A stretch of DNA of 64,000 bases, taken from the IMG/VR virus record IMGVR_UViG_3300045988_162372; one strand, written 5' to 3'. The stretch is from a virus. The translations under genes and the position numbers were made by a program. Below are positions 19,407 through 28,972 of this stretch, in pieces (within the stretch, counting starts at the first letter, position 1; every line of letters starts with the position of its first letter). The notes beneath the pieces were generated by a model. The model was not told the DNA's origin, did no database searches, and saw only the letters and a program-made list of their open reading frames with translations.

Positions 19407-20541
19407 TGTAGATAAGCAATATTTAGACCTGCTCCAAGATATAATGGATAATGGAGTGTATAAAGAAACACGTAGTGGGGCTGTACGGTCTGTTTTTGGA
19501 CGTATGATGCGTTTTAATTTACAAGATGGACTTCCTATACTTACAACTAAGAAAGTATTCACAAAAGGCTTTATTTATGAATTACTATTTTTCTTAAAGG
19601 CTGAAAGAAATATTAAATATCTTGTAGATAACAATGTACATATATGGGATGATGATGCTTATAGATGGTTCAATAACCTACCTCAGAAAGAATTCCCTAT
19701 TACTCGTAAATTAGAAGAAAGTTTTACATATGTTATAAGAGATAAAAATGGAAATATTCTTTGTGAATATAATGATATGAAGGAACTCATTTCTGGTATC
19801 GAAAAAAATAAATTTTTGTATCATACGCAACAAGAAGATGAGATAGGAATTTCATTTATACGGAATGATACCTCACAATTACGTTTCTCATGCTTATATA
19901 AATTTGGTGATATTGGGCCGATCTATGGCTACCAGTGGCGTAATTGGAACGGTATAGACCAAATACAGAATATTATTAATACATTAAAAACAAATCCAAA
20001 TGATAGAAGAATAATTCTTTCCTCTTGGAATGTTGGAGAATTACGTTTTATGGCTCTTCCTCCCTGTCATTATTTCGCTCAGTTTTATGCACGTTCGTTA
20101 ACAAATATGGAACGTTTAGATTGGCTATGTGAGCATAGTAATGGAGAATATGATGAATGGAAAAGTGCTACAGTTGAAAAATTGGATGAACTTAATGTTC
20201 CCAAATACGGATTAAGCTGCATGTTAAATTGTCGCTCACAAGATGTTCCTCTTGGAACTGTTGGCAATTGGGTAAGTTATAGTATTCTTACCAATATGAT
20301 TGCCCAGTGTGTAAATATGATTCCTGATGAATTTATATGGATTGGAGGAGATTGTCATATTTATGAAAATCAAATTGAAGGAGTAAAAGAACAACTGACA
20401 AGAAATCCTCATAAATACAATCTTCCTAAATTGTGGCTTAACCCTGCTATTAAGAACATTGATGATTTTACCTTTGATGATATTAAGATTGAAGGATATG
20501 AAAGTTATCCAAGTATTAAATTTCCTTTAAGTGTTGGATAA
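19399..20541 (+). CDS. thyA: thymidylate synthase (ThyA family) with two insertions
   Basis: Motifs seen: RSGAVRSVFG..MRFNLQDGLPILTTKK, IYGYQWRNW, DRRIILSSWNVGE, catalytic ALPPCH, CRSQDVPLG..GN and GGDCHIYENQ. At 380 aa it is much longer than E. coli ThyA. Confidence 0.9.
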   Translation: MNNVDKQYLDLLQDIMDNGVYKETRSGAVRSVFGRMMRFNLQDGLPILTTKKVFTKGFIYELLFFLKAERNIKYLVDNNVHIWDDDAYRWFNNLPQKEFPITRKLEESFTYVIRDKNGNILCEYNDMKELISGIEKNKFLYHTQQEDEIGISFIRNDTSQLRFSCLYKFGDIGPIYGYQWRNWNGIDQIQNIINTLKTNPNDRRIILSSWNVGELRFMALPPCHYFAQFYARSLTNMERLDWLCEHSNGEYDEWKSATVEKLDELNVPKYGLSCMLNCRSQDVPLGTVGNWVSYSILTNMIAQCVNMIPDEFIWIGGDCHIYENQIEGVKEQLTRNPHKYNLPKLWLNPAIKNIDDFTFDDIKIEGYESYPSIKFPLSVG

Positions 20542-20579
20542 TAATAAAAGAACAAATAACATAGTTTAAAAATAAAGTT

Positions 20580-21032
20580 ATGAATATTACAGATTTAAAG
20601 AACGAAAGCAAAGAATTGAATAAAAAGTTGTATGAGTATGTTCGCCAAGTAATACGTGAAATACAAACATACAACAAAATGACAGATGAAGAGATTGCTG
20701 ATTTTCTCAAAACGGATGTTGAAACACTTCACAAGATACTTACGACAGATGTCAATAATTTGGCGGGATTATGTTTCATACCAATAAGTATTATTTCAGA
20801 TATAATTGTGTTATCTTGTAATGGGATAAATCTTAATTTTAATGCAATGTTTGATTATGAACCAAAATATACTGTTCAGGAAATCAAACAATATATTTCT
20901 GACAAACATTTTAAATATAAAAAAGAAAAGTTGGAAGAATTGGCTGATTTATTGGGAATTAATTTAGATAATACTGAAGAGGTTGAGGAACTCATCAATA
21001 GACTTAAAGATATTAAACAAAATGATAACTAA
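20580..21032 (+). CDS. hypothetical protein, possible HTH
   Basis: 150-aa ORF. MTDEEIADFLKTDVETLHKIL looks helix-turn-helix-like. Confidence 0.55.
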   Translation: MNITDLKNESKELNKKLYEYVRQVIREIQTYNKMTDEEIADFLKTDVETLHKILTTDVNNLAGLCFIPISIISDIIVLSCNGINLNFNAMFDYEPKYTVQEIKQYISDKHFKYKKEKLEELADLLGINLDNTEEVEELINRLKDIKQNDN

Positions 21033-21966
21033 TTTATTTATAGGATTTGTACCACGCATTGAAAGATTAACAGAAAGTCAATTATCCCAATTACTTTTGA
21101 ACGAAGAACTTCATTATCCAAGATATCTGGAAGAAATGACCGATATCATCCTTCAATGGTGTAAGGATGATATCTCTTCCTTATTGAATAATAATGAAAA
21201 CAATGGAGATTTTTTACATTTTTTCAAGAATAGCCAGTATGCCGACAGATTATCCTTATCGATCAATATATCTGAAGGAAATATGTTTTCAAACATAAAA
21301 GCACAATATTACAATGAATATGGCACTTTGGGGTTCAATAAAACCGATAAGAAGTTAAATTGCCCGAATATCTATCTAAATATTACATTAGATAAAAATG
21401 GAATATGTAATGAACATTTATTAAAAACAAGTATTTCGCATGAGCTTATGCATTTATATGATGATTGGAAGTCTCTTTCACAGGGAAACGAACCAATAAA
21501 TACTAATCAAGATTTGATAGCAGCTCATAATATGATGTTTCAAAACACAGATAAATTATTACAAAATATTGGAAAGTTACTTTATTTGAGTAATAAATTC
21601 GAGAAAAAAGCTTTTATTACACAAGTATACAATGAATTGAAAGCAGTTGGATGCACTGATGAAAATTATAGAGAAAAATATAAAGAGACTATAACATATA
21701 AAAATTATAATAAATTAAAAAATGTAATAAAGCAAGAAATTACATCAAGTAGTGATAATGAGTTAAAGAATATCAATCATGTTTTGAATACCGAATATAA
21801 GGAAACCCATCTACCAAAGATTTCAAATAATAAATTTGATGTGGAAATATATAAAAACAAAGTTAATAAATTCATAGATAGTGTCTGTCATGATTTTATT
21901 AAAAAATACGGAGGAATTCTAACAGCGTATTTAAATGATTTCAAAATGTTTAATAATAAAATTTAA
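21022..21966 (+). CDS. HExxH (zincin-like) protein, paralog of 52272..53222
   Basis: The track start 20983 is TTG; the ATG at 21022 overlaps the upstream stop. The motif ISHELMHLYDDW is followed by NKFEKKAF, and the same order occurs in 52272..53222. Confidence 0.65.
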   Translation: MITNLFIGFVPRIERLTESQLSQLLLNEELHYPRYLEEMTDIILQWCKDDISSLLNNNENNGDFLHFFKNSQYADRLSLSINISEGNMFSNIKAQYYNEYGTLGFNKTDKKLNCPNIYLNITLDKNGICNEHLLKTSISHELMHLYDDWKSLSQGNEPINTNQDLIAAHNMMFQNTDKLLQNIGKLLYLSNKFEKKAFITQVYNELKAVGCTDENYREKYKETITYKNYNKLKNVIKQEITSSSDNELKNINHVLNTEYKETHLPKISNNKFDVEIYKNKVNKFIDSVCHDFIKKYGGILTAYLNDFKMFNNKI

Positions 21967-21971
21967 CAGCT

Positions 21972-23795
21972 ATGGCAAAAAAGAAAATAGATTTAGGATA
22001 TACACCAAGTACATACCAGCAAAATGTATTTGATTTTGTTCAACATGGTACAGGAAATGCAGTTATTTCAGCCCTTGCAGGTAGCGGCAAAACCACGGTG
22101 ATAGTTTCTTGCATGAAACTTGTTCCAAAATCCCAAAAATGCTTATTTCTTGCGTTTAATAAAAGCATTGTCAATACCCTACAAGAGAAAGTAAAAAACT
22201 ACAGTAATTGTTATGTTAAAACAATGCATAGTTTAGGTTTTGCCATATTGCGAAGAAATCTTGGAGATAACATTGAGAAAAATGATTATAAATATAGGAG
22301 TTATATAAAAAGCAACATTAATGAATTAACCAGTATACAGGATGAACATTTAACGACATCGCAAGTAAATGAATATATTGATAGTATAACGAAATTGGTT
22401 GATTTCGCAAGGTTTAATTTAGCACAATCTGAAAATGATATTGAGAAAATCGCCAGAAAATATGATATACCTATCAACTTTGACGAAGCATCTGTTGTCA
22501 AAAAAGTATTAAAATGGGGAAAAGAAAATACGACTGTTATTGATTATACCGATATGGTATGGCTTCCAGTTGAACTCTCCTTACGCCCAATTGGATTACA
22601 ATATGATTGGATATTTGCTGATGAGGTTCAAGATTTCTCATTAGTATATAATCAATTAATGTTTAAATGCTTTAAAAGAGGAACACGTTTTATCTGTGTG
22701 GGTGATGAAAGGCAATCCATTAATGTCTTCGCAGGAAGCAGCCCAGAAGCATTTCAATATCTTTGTAATTACCCTAATACTCATACATTTGAATTACCTA
22801 TTACATACCGTTGCCCTACATCAGTTGTTGATATGGCAAAGGAATATGTTGGGAATATTCAAGCAAGAGAAGATGCACCAGATGGAGAAATCAGATATGA
22901 TTGCAAGATTAAAGATTTAAAAGATGGCGATATGGTATTAGCCCGTACAAAAGCACCACTTTTAAAACTCTATACAAAACTTTTACGCAAAAAAGTACAA
23001 TGTTATATCAAAGGCTCTGATATTGGCTTAAACCTCATTAAAATGCTTGAAAATATTGATAAAGAAGAATTAAACCAAGACTTAACAAAAGATGGGGTAT
23101 TTGTCCGCTTGTTTGATAATCTTTTCACAGAGAGAAACAAGTTAATGCGAAATTACGGACTTTCCAAAGACGATGCAACTTTAACAAGTAATATCATGGA
23201 AAGATATGATTCAATCAATAGTTTGTTGACTCTATCAGAAAGATTAACAACAAAAACAAAATTAATAAAAAATATAGAAAATATCTTCAAAGAAGAGAAT
23301 AATGGTATCATTCTTTCTACAATACATAAGGCAAAAGGATTAGAAGCTGACAACGTATATATTTTATGCCGTTCCTCAATGCCATCAAAATTAGCACACA
23401 GTGATTGGGAAAGACAGCAGGAAGAAAATCTGATATATGTTGCAATCACTCGTCCAAAACAAATATTAGGATTTATATCAGAGAAAGAGATACCTGCAAG
23501 TGGTTCTTCGCAAGAGCCGTTAGTTATACTAAATGATTTACGAAGTATTGAAAAACAAGTTTGTTCAATTCTTGGAAAAGAGCCAGTTCCAGAAGATGAC
23601 AATATTGAACTCGCAAAAATGAGGGTTAAAAATGCGACAAAGATAGATGAACATTCCTCTGAATTACCTCAAAACACCATCAAATTAAATGAAACTAAAC
23701 ATATTAAGCCAGATGACAAATTATTAGATATGCTGTCTTCTTATCTTGGGAATGGTGGAGATATGGAAAGTCTGTCGAAATTCTTAGGGAAATAA
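21972..23795 (+). CDS. UvrD/PcrA-like superfamily 1 helicase
   Basis: Walker A ALAGSGKTT, IFADEVQDFS, TIHKAKGLEADNVYIL and LIYVAITRPKQIL. Confidence 0.9.
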   Translation: MAKKKIDLGYTPSTYQQNVFDFVQHGTGNAVISALAGSGKTTVIVSCMKLVPKSQKCLFLAFNKSIVNTLQEKVKNYSNCYVKTMHSLGFAILRRNLGDNIEKNDYKYRSYIKSNINELTSIQDEHLTTSQVNEYIDSITKLVDFARFNLAQSENDIEKIARKYDIPINFDEASVVKKVLKWGKENTTVIDYTDMVWLPVELSLRPIGLQYDWIFADEVQDFSLVYNQLMFKCFKRGTRFICVGDERQSINVFAGSSPEAFQYLCNYPNTHTFELPITYRCPTSVVDMAKEYVGNIQAREDAPDGEIRYDCKIKDLKDGDMVLARTKAPLLKLYTKLLRKKVQCYIKGSDIGLNLIKMLENIDKEELNQDLTKDGVFVRLFDNLFTERNKLMRNYGLSKDDATLTSNIMERYDSINSLLTLSERLTTKTKLIKNIENIFKEENNGIILSTIHKAKGLEADNVYILCRSSMPSKLAHSDWERQQEENLIYVAITRPKQILGFISEKEIPASGSSQEPLVILNDLRSIEKQVCSILGKEPVPEDDNIELAKMRVKNATKIDEHSSELPQNTIKLNETKHIKPDDKLLDMLSSYLGNGGDMESLSKFLGK

Positions 23796-23798
23796 CAA

Positions 23799-23835
23799 AA
23801 ACGGATGGTTACTGTTAATGGTTAACCATCCGTTT
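23799..23835. terminator. bidirectional terminator between convergent genes
   Basis: aaacggatggtta/taaccatccgttt forms a 13-bp stem with an 11-nt loop, flanked by A-runs and T-runs. Confidence 0.7.
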
Positions 23836-23850
23836 CTCAATTAGAATATT

Positions 23851-24249
23851 TCAAAGATTTGTTGTTTTGATATTCTTAATCTGTTCATTTAGGTCTGAGA
23901 ATTGTTTTAAAAAATCAACCTCATTAAATTTCTCATCAGTATGAGCGTTTATTTTTGTAACTGCATCTGCAATATCTTGTTTAGTTGCAACGCATGGATT
24001 AACTCCACAACTCATATTGTTGATTATTTCATTTTTGACATTCTCAATATGGCAATTCACTCCACAAATACCATTTTTAACATCCTGCATAGAATTGTTT
24101 ATGGTTGTTTCTATTGTATCCTTTACAACGTCAGTATCAACCGAGATATTGGAAAACTTACTGTCAAGATAATCCTCTATCTGCTCAGTTCTGGTAATCA
24201 ATTCTACGTCAGAATCATAATCATATCTTCTATAGCTTTCCTTTCTCAT
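23851..24249 (-). CDS. hypothetical protein
   Basis: 132-aa ORF with an ATG start, in an operon with 24257..24589. Confidence 0.55.
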   Translation of the reverse strand: MRKESYRRYDYDSDVELITRTEQIEDYLDSKFSNISVDTDVVKDTIETTINNSMQDVKNGICGVNCHIENVKNEIINNMSCGVNPCVATKQDIADAVTKINAHTDEKFNEVDFLKQFSDLNEQIKNIKTTNL

Positions 24250-24256
24250 TTGTTTA

Positions 24257-24589
24257 TTATATCCTTCCTAATATTTGATTTATTAAATTTTGAATATTGG
24301 CCAACACTCCAGTGTGATTATCAACTTTAGTTTCTATTGATTCCACTTTCGGTTGAATTGTTTCAACAACATAATTGTTATGTTCTTCAATTTTACGGAG
24401 GATTGCAGTTTCGGCAGTATCAACATTGGTATTGATACTTATTTCTGCATCGTTGATTTCTTTTGTTAATCTTTTTTCAACTTCCGCAAGATGTGTATGT
24501 TCATGTTCCCTCCAATCACGGGTTTCTTCTAACCAAGTTTTCAAGTAATCTTGTTCCTTGAAACCATATACATTCATATTATTATTCAT
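24257..24589 (-). CDS. hypothetical coiled-coil-like protein
   Basis: 110-aa ORF with an ATG start. Confidence 0.55.
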   Translation of the reverse strand: MNNNMNVYGFKEQDYLKTWLEETRDWREHEHTHLAEVEKRLTKEINDAEISINTNVDTAETAILRKIEEHNNYVVETIQPKVESIETKVDNHTGVLANIQNLINQILGRI

Positions 24590-24690
24590 TCTGTCTGTAC
24601 TTTTGTTCTTTATAACAATAAATATCTGACATAATTATATGTTTAAGGAGTTTTTCCTGAATATTTATATTTTAGATAATATTTTTGATT

Positions 24691-25248
24691 ATGAAAGACT
24701 TAAAAACTTTAATATACGAGGCAATTAACGAATTTGTAAATGAGTATCGCTATCAAGATAGTGCAACGCCATTGAATAGTAGGTCAGATGTTCACAGAAA
24801 CTTGGGGGTTAATCCCCTCACAGTTGACAATGGAGGACATACACCTAATGATGTATTATCTCAACCATCTACTTTTGATAGAAACGGCGCAACGTTCAAG
24901 AGTTCGGACAATATTGTATTGTCGGATAATAAATTTACTATTTATAAAATTAAAAATTTCAATACTGATAAAATTTCATCTACAATGGATTTGTTCGGAA
25001 GAGGGGCAAACGGAGAAAAAAGTTTTCGTAAAGAAATTGATATTATGAATGGTGCTGCTGCAAGAAATGGAAGACATCTCACATACCGCACAATAACATC
25101 GGCTTCAAATGAAGCAAAATCAAAATCCACTGGGCATATGTCAGGAACGTTTTGGGAATTTAGCTACGATATGGGTAATACATGGTACATTATGAAACCT
25201 AATGGAACTCAAAATATGACACCAAGCAAATTAATCAGAAAGCAATAA
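24691..25248 (+). CDS. hypothetical protein
   Basis: The track start 24685 is TTG; the ATG at 24691 gives MKDLKTLIYEAINEFVNE. Confidence 0.6.
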   Translation: MKDLKTLIYEAINEFVNEYRYQDSATPLNSRSDVHRNLGVNPLTVDNGGHTPNDVLSQPSTFDRNGATFKSSDNIVLSDNKFTIYKIKNFNTDKISSTMDLFGRGANGEKSFRKEIDIMNGAAARNGRHLTYRTITSASNEAKSKSTGHMSGTFWEFSYDMGNTWYIMKPNGTQNMTPSKLIRKQ

Positions 25249-25267
25249 AAGTAATATAAATTGAAGC

Positions 25268-26389
25268 ATGAAGATATTTTGCAAAATTCCAAAGAATACA
25301 TTTATTGTTAGTGAGAACCAAATGAAAAATATATTATTTGAGGGCAACAAACAAAGACAATTGGATATTATATTAAAGAATAATCCTGCTGATGACGTAC
25401 ATTTTGTCAACAGTACATGGATTAGAAGTACTGAAGATATTCTTTCATTTGAAGAGATGTTGGCAGATGCTAAAAAGAACTATGAGGAATACGGAGATAT
25501 GGAATATCCAGATACAACGATAGATGACTATTTGAATGCTGAAAAGACTGGTAAAATTACTGTTTATAGTTCATATCCAATTAAACCAGGTATATTTGTT
25601 AGCCCATCAAGAATGTGTGCTTATGATTATGCAGGTGCAAACGGAAATAAAGTCTATTCAAAAGTTGTTCCAGTTAACGACGTTGCATGGCTTGATCAAG
25701 GGCAAGGGCAATATGCACCGTTAAGCGAGGGTGAAACAATTATTCTTAATTCCCTCCAAATCAAACAAATCAACGAAGCAATGAATGACACTTTTTCGTA
25801 TGAAGAATTAGGGAGTATCAGAGCATTGTCAAAACGTGTCGCATATTGCAAACAGCATTTAGGAAATCCAATAGGTAACGGTTCTTCAAGAATGGTATTT
25901 CAAATTGACGATGAAAAAGTTTTGAAATTAGCTAAAAATCAAAAAGGAATAGCACAAAACAATGTTGAAGCCGATTGGGGTGCGCAGAATTATGGAGTTT
26001 TACCGAATTTATACAAAGTTGCAGACGATGATAGCTATCTTGTGACAGAATATGTATTACCTGCAAAACCCCAAGATTTTCAGGTTTGTTTAGGTATGTC
26101 ATTTGAAGATTTTTGTAATTTTGTTAAGAAATGTTTTAAATCATATGCAAGCTCAAGGCAGTCATTTGGGGTTTCAAGCAATATAGATGATGATAAATTC
26201 TCAGAAATATTGGAAAACAACGAATGGCTAAATCAATTCTATACTTACCTAAGTGATTATCAACCTCCTCTTGGAGATTTGACTAGAATTGCTAATTATG
26301 GCATGTGTCAAAGAGATGAACAACCTGAAATTGTTTTATTGGATTCAGGTCTTTCTCAACAAGTTTGGAATGATTATTATCGAAGATAA
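25268..26389 (+). CDS. two-domain protein; the C-terminal half is protein-kinase-like
   Basis: In order: IGNGSSRMVFQI (G-loop-like), VLKLAK (Lys), YLVTEYV (hinge-like), GDLTRIANYG (catalytic-loop-like) and VLLDSG (DFG-like). Spacing is kinase-compatible. Confidence 0.6.
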   Translation: MKIFCKIPKNTFIVSENQMKNILFEGNKQRQLDIILKNNPADDVHFVNSTWIRSTEDILSFEEMLADAKKNYEEYGDMEYPDTTIDDYLNAEKTGKITVYSSYPIKPGIFVSPSRMCAYDYAGANGNKVYSKVVPVNDVAWLDQGQGQYAPLSEGETIILNSLQIKQINEAMNDTFSYEELGSIRALSKRVAYCKQHLGNPIGNGSSRMVFQIDDEKVLKLAKNQKGIAQNNVEADWGAQNYGVLPNLYKVADDDSYLVTEYVLPAKPQDFQVCLGMSFEDFCNFVKKCFKSYASSRQSFGVSSNIDDDKFSEILENNEWLNQFYTYLSDYQPPLGDLTRIANYGMCQRDEQPEIVLLDSGLSQQVWNDYYRR

Positions 26390-26431
26390 CAATATTTATA
26401 TTAAATAATGTACATTATATAATACAAAAAT

Positions 26432-26905
26432 ATGGCAAAAACAGTTATAAGACTTAACGAGGATGAACTTAAGGGTATGATAAAAAATATCCTCAAAGAA
26501 AATATTGAAAACGGAAACCTTGATGAAGGATTCTGGGATAGTGTAAAAGGATTTTTTGGTGGCGCACAAGGCTCAAAAGATGCACAAGGTGTAAAAAATA
26601 CAGCTAACAAAGTTGGTAACGCAATGTCCAATGCGGCACAAAAAGTAGGAAATGCTGCTAATAAAGCAGTACAAGGGGTTAAAAACGCAGGTAATGCAGT
26701 TAAACAAAATGTACAAAACCGTATGCAAGATGCAAGAAATTACAGTGCGGCTGCTGATATTGAGAATGCATTGGGTGTATTGAACAAGTATGCAAAACTA
26801 TTTGGTAGTAAAAATAGCACTGCAAATGGATACAATATGGCAAAAAAAGGTTTGGAAAATCTTGTTACCGCTTTAAGAAATAGCGAAGTGAACTACACAA
26901 GATAA
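26432..26905 (+). CDS. small protein with the leader motif and degenerate ~11-residue repeats
   Basis: N-terminus MAKTVIRLNEDELKGMIKNILKE, then AQGVKNTANKVGNAMSNAAQKVGNAANKAVQGVKNAGNAVKQNVQN. Confidence 0.65.
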   Translation: MAKTVIRLNEDELKGMIKNILKENIENGNLDEGFWDSVKGFFGGAQGSKDAQGVKNTANKVGNAMSNAAQKVGNAANKAVQGVKNAGNAVKQNVQNRMQDARNYSAAADIENALGVLNKYAKLFGSKNSTANGYNMAKKGLENLVTALRNSEVNYTR

Positions 26906-26931
26906 TATAGAAACAATATAATAATATAATT

Positions 26932-26968
26932 TCCTTGCCATACTGAATGGTGAGGATTATATTTTTTT
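26932..26968 (+). terminator. intrinsic terminator
   Basis: tccttgccat/atggtgagga forms a 10-bp stem (2 G-U pairs) with a 5-nt loop, then ttatattttttt. Confidence 0.6.
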
Positions 26969-26980
26969 AACTATACATAT

Positions 26981-27011
26981 TTTGATATACCAATAAAAAG
27001 TATTATTTTTG
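26981..27011 (+). promoter_or_regulatory. Bacteroides-type promoter
   Basis: TTTG at 26981-26984, a 19-nt spacer, then TATTTTTG at 27004-27011. Confidence 0.55.
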
Positions 27012-27039
27012 CAGTGTTAAATTTTTAATATATGATATT

Positions 27040-27261
27040 ATGGAGTATTTATGGATTTATTTATCAGGCGTTGTAGTTTATTTAGTATTTGTTGTATGGT
27101 TCAATTATCAATTCGACCATAATCATAATCTAAAAAACGTTACAAGCAAGGAATGGAAAGAGGATTTAAGATTATTACCTTTTTCATGGCTATCAGTAGT
27201 CTTAGGTATTATTGTAACGGTGTGGAGATTTTGCGGAGGGCAACCGTCTAACAAAGAATAA
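27040..27261 (+). CDS. small membrane protein
   Basis: 73 aa with two hydrophobic helices (IYLSGVVVYLVFVVWF and FSWLSVVLGIIVTVW). Confidence 0.5.
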   Translation: MEYLWIYLSGVVVYLVFVVWFNYQFDHNHNLKNVTSKEWKEDLRLLPFSWLSVVLGIIVTVWRFCGGQPSNKE

Positions 27262-27264
27262 TGT

Positions 27265-27810
27265 ATGGATACATCGAAAACATTATACGAAATTGAGGTA
27301 GCATTAGCTAAAAGCAGCCATTTCAATTTTGTAAAAAACATTATCGCATTCAATGTCAACGGGATAAGTTCTAAACTACCAATTTGGCATGAATGCGACA
27401 TGCTTGTATTATCAAAAAGTGGTTATTTAACTGAAATTGAAATTAAACGTAGTTGGATAGATTTTCTTGCTGATTTTAAGAAAGAGCATCATCACGAATC
27501 TGAGTTAATTAAATATTTCTATTATTGTGTACCTATATCTATTTTAGATAAGGTATATGATTATCTTTACGAAAATGATGTTAAATATACTGGTATCATC
27601 ACATATACAGAGGATTTGCTTATTAGGGTTCATCAAAAGAAATTAAAGCCGTTATTTGAAAGTGATGAAGTTGGATATGCCTCTCCTGCAATGGATAACT
27701 ATCGCAAACTATTTCTTGAAGAACAATTAGAATTAGCGAGATACGGAGCAATGAGAAGCATATTATTAAAAGAAAAAATTATTGACTTACAAAAACAATT
27801 AAAGAAATAA
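27265..27810 (+). CDS. PD-(D/E)xK nuclease-fold protein
   Basis: HECDMLVLSKSGYLTEIEIKRS fits the D...E-x-K signature. Confidence 0.6.
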   Translation: MDTSKTLYEIEVALAKSSHFNFVKNIIAFNVNGISSKLPIWHECDMLVLSKSGYLTEIEIKRSWIDFLADFKKEHHHESELIKYFYYCVPISILDKVYDYLYENDVKYTGIITYTEDLLIRVHQKKLKPLFESDEVGYASPAMDNYRKLFLEEQLELARYGAMRSILLKEKIIDLQKQLKK

Positions 27811-27813
27811 ACG

Positions 27814-28233
27814 ATGAAAAATATTAATTTTTACAACTTACAAAATATTGTCGAAATTTGTCTTTATCCTAAAAGACGAAATACATGGTTTAAACTATAT
27901 AGAAAACAAGGCTATCACTGGTGGAGAATATTTGGAAAAATACCATTGCTCAAATACTACGTGAAACAAGATTTGTATTCACTTGTTCTTAGACATGATT
28001 TGACTGAAAAAGATGTTTTAGGTATGGAATCTAATTGTTATATTGAAAATAATAAAGTATATTACAAGCCTCATATACACATCTATTTTGTCGGAGATGA
28101 TATGACAAGCTATCATGGAGCAGCATTTGAAAAATTTTTCCAAGATGAACAGGAAATGCAGGACTATTGTGATAAAATAGTTGCTGAGTGTGAGAAGAGA
28201 AATATACAAATTAAAAATATTGAAGAGATATGA
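27814..28233 (+). CDS. hypothetical protein
   Basis: 139-aa ORF with an ATGA overlap to the next gene. Confidence 0.55.
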   Translation: MKNINFYNLQNIVEICLYPKRRNTWFKLYRKQGYHWWRIFGKIPLLKYYVKQDLYSLVLRHDLTEKDVLGMESNCYIENNKVYYKPHIHIYFVGDDMTSYHGAAFEKFFQDEQEMQDYCDKIVAECEKRNIQIKNIEEI

Positions 28234-28970
28234 AATATATGGGGAATAAAAGACGTATAGTTAATGATATACTACCTATTATACTTGAATATAATACCAA
28301 TAATATATTTGTTGATTTGTTTTGTGGGAGTTGTTCTGTAATACAAAATGTACCAACAGAATACAAACGTATTGCTAATGATAAGAACAAATATTTAATT
28401 GAGATGTTCAAGTTATTAACTAATGGTAAGAAATATCCTAATTATATTGATAAAGAAACATATTCTCATTATAGAAATATTTACAATCAAGAAAGAAAAG
28501 GAATTATTAAACTTACTGATGAACAATATGCAGAAGTCGGATGGTATGGTTGGATGGGTTCTTTTAATGGAAGATTTTTCTCTGGCGGATATGCAGGACA
28601 TAATGTGATGCAAAATAATGGAAAACCAAGAGATTATATAACAGAACAAATTAACAACACTCTTTCGCAGATACCATATTTCAAAGGTCTAGAATTTTAT
28701 TCAAAAGATTATCAAGAGGTTGAAATTCCAGAAGATTCTATTGTATATTGTGATATACCTTATAGAGATACAAAACAATATGAAACAAGTAAAGACTTTG
28801 ATTATAAATGTTTTTATAATTGGTGTAAAGAAAATAAAGACAGATATAAGATATTTGTCTCAGAATACTCCATGCCTAATGATTTTAAATGTATATGGCA
28901 GAAAGAAGTAACAAATGCGATGAATACAACAAAAACTTATAAACCGATTGAAAAATTATTTAAAATATAA
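28230..28970 (+). CDS. DNA adenine methyltransferase, Dam (D12) class
   Basis: N-terminal KYMGNKRRI, motif I FVDLFCGSCSV and motif IV VYCDIPY. Confidence 0.8.
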   Translation: MKYMGNKRRIVNDILPIILEYNTNNIFVDLFCGSCSVIQNVPTEYKRIANDKNKYLIEMFKLLTNGKKYPNYIDKETYSHYRNIYNQERKGIIKLTDEQYAEVGWYGWMGSFNGRFFSGGYAGHNVMQNNGKPRDYITEQINNTLSQIPYFKGLEFYSKDYQEVEIPEDSIVYCDIPYRDTKQYETSKDFDYKCFYNWCKENKDRYKIFVSEYSMPNDFKCIWQKEVTNAMNTTKTYKPIEKLFKI

Positions 28971-28972
28971 AT

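Noticed and set aside
19399-20541. An intron or intein in thyA.
   Set aside because: The ORF is continuous. The insertions are short (~70 and ~35 aa), in frame, and lack intein or homing-endonuclease motifs.
23153-23602. A 149-aa minus ORF inside the helicase gene. The same applies to 31825..32358 (177 aa), 35441..36665 (several ORFs), 37049..37543 (164 aa), 40593..41132 (179 aa) and 50185..50556.
   Set aside because: All are antisense to genes with recognisable motifs and show no motifs of their own.
24598-24687. Isolated TAnnTTTG matches (24598-24605 and 24680-24687), and similar hits inside genes, as promoters.
   Set aside because: The 8-mer alone is expected dozens of times per strand at this composition. 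I kept mainly sites with a correctly spaced -33 TTTG, plus three intergenic TA(t/a)(c/a)TTTGCA-type -7 boxes (16136, 34649, 39806) that lack a canonical -33 and are flagged at lower confidence.
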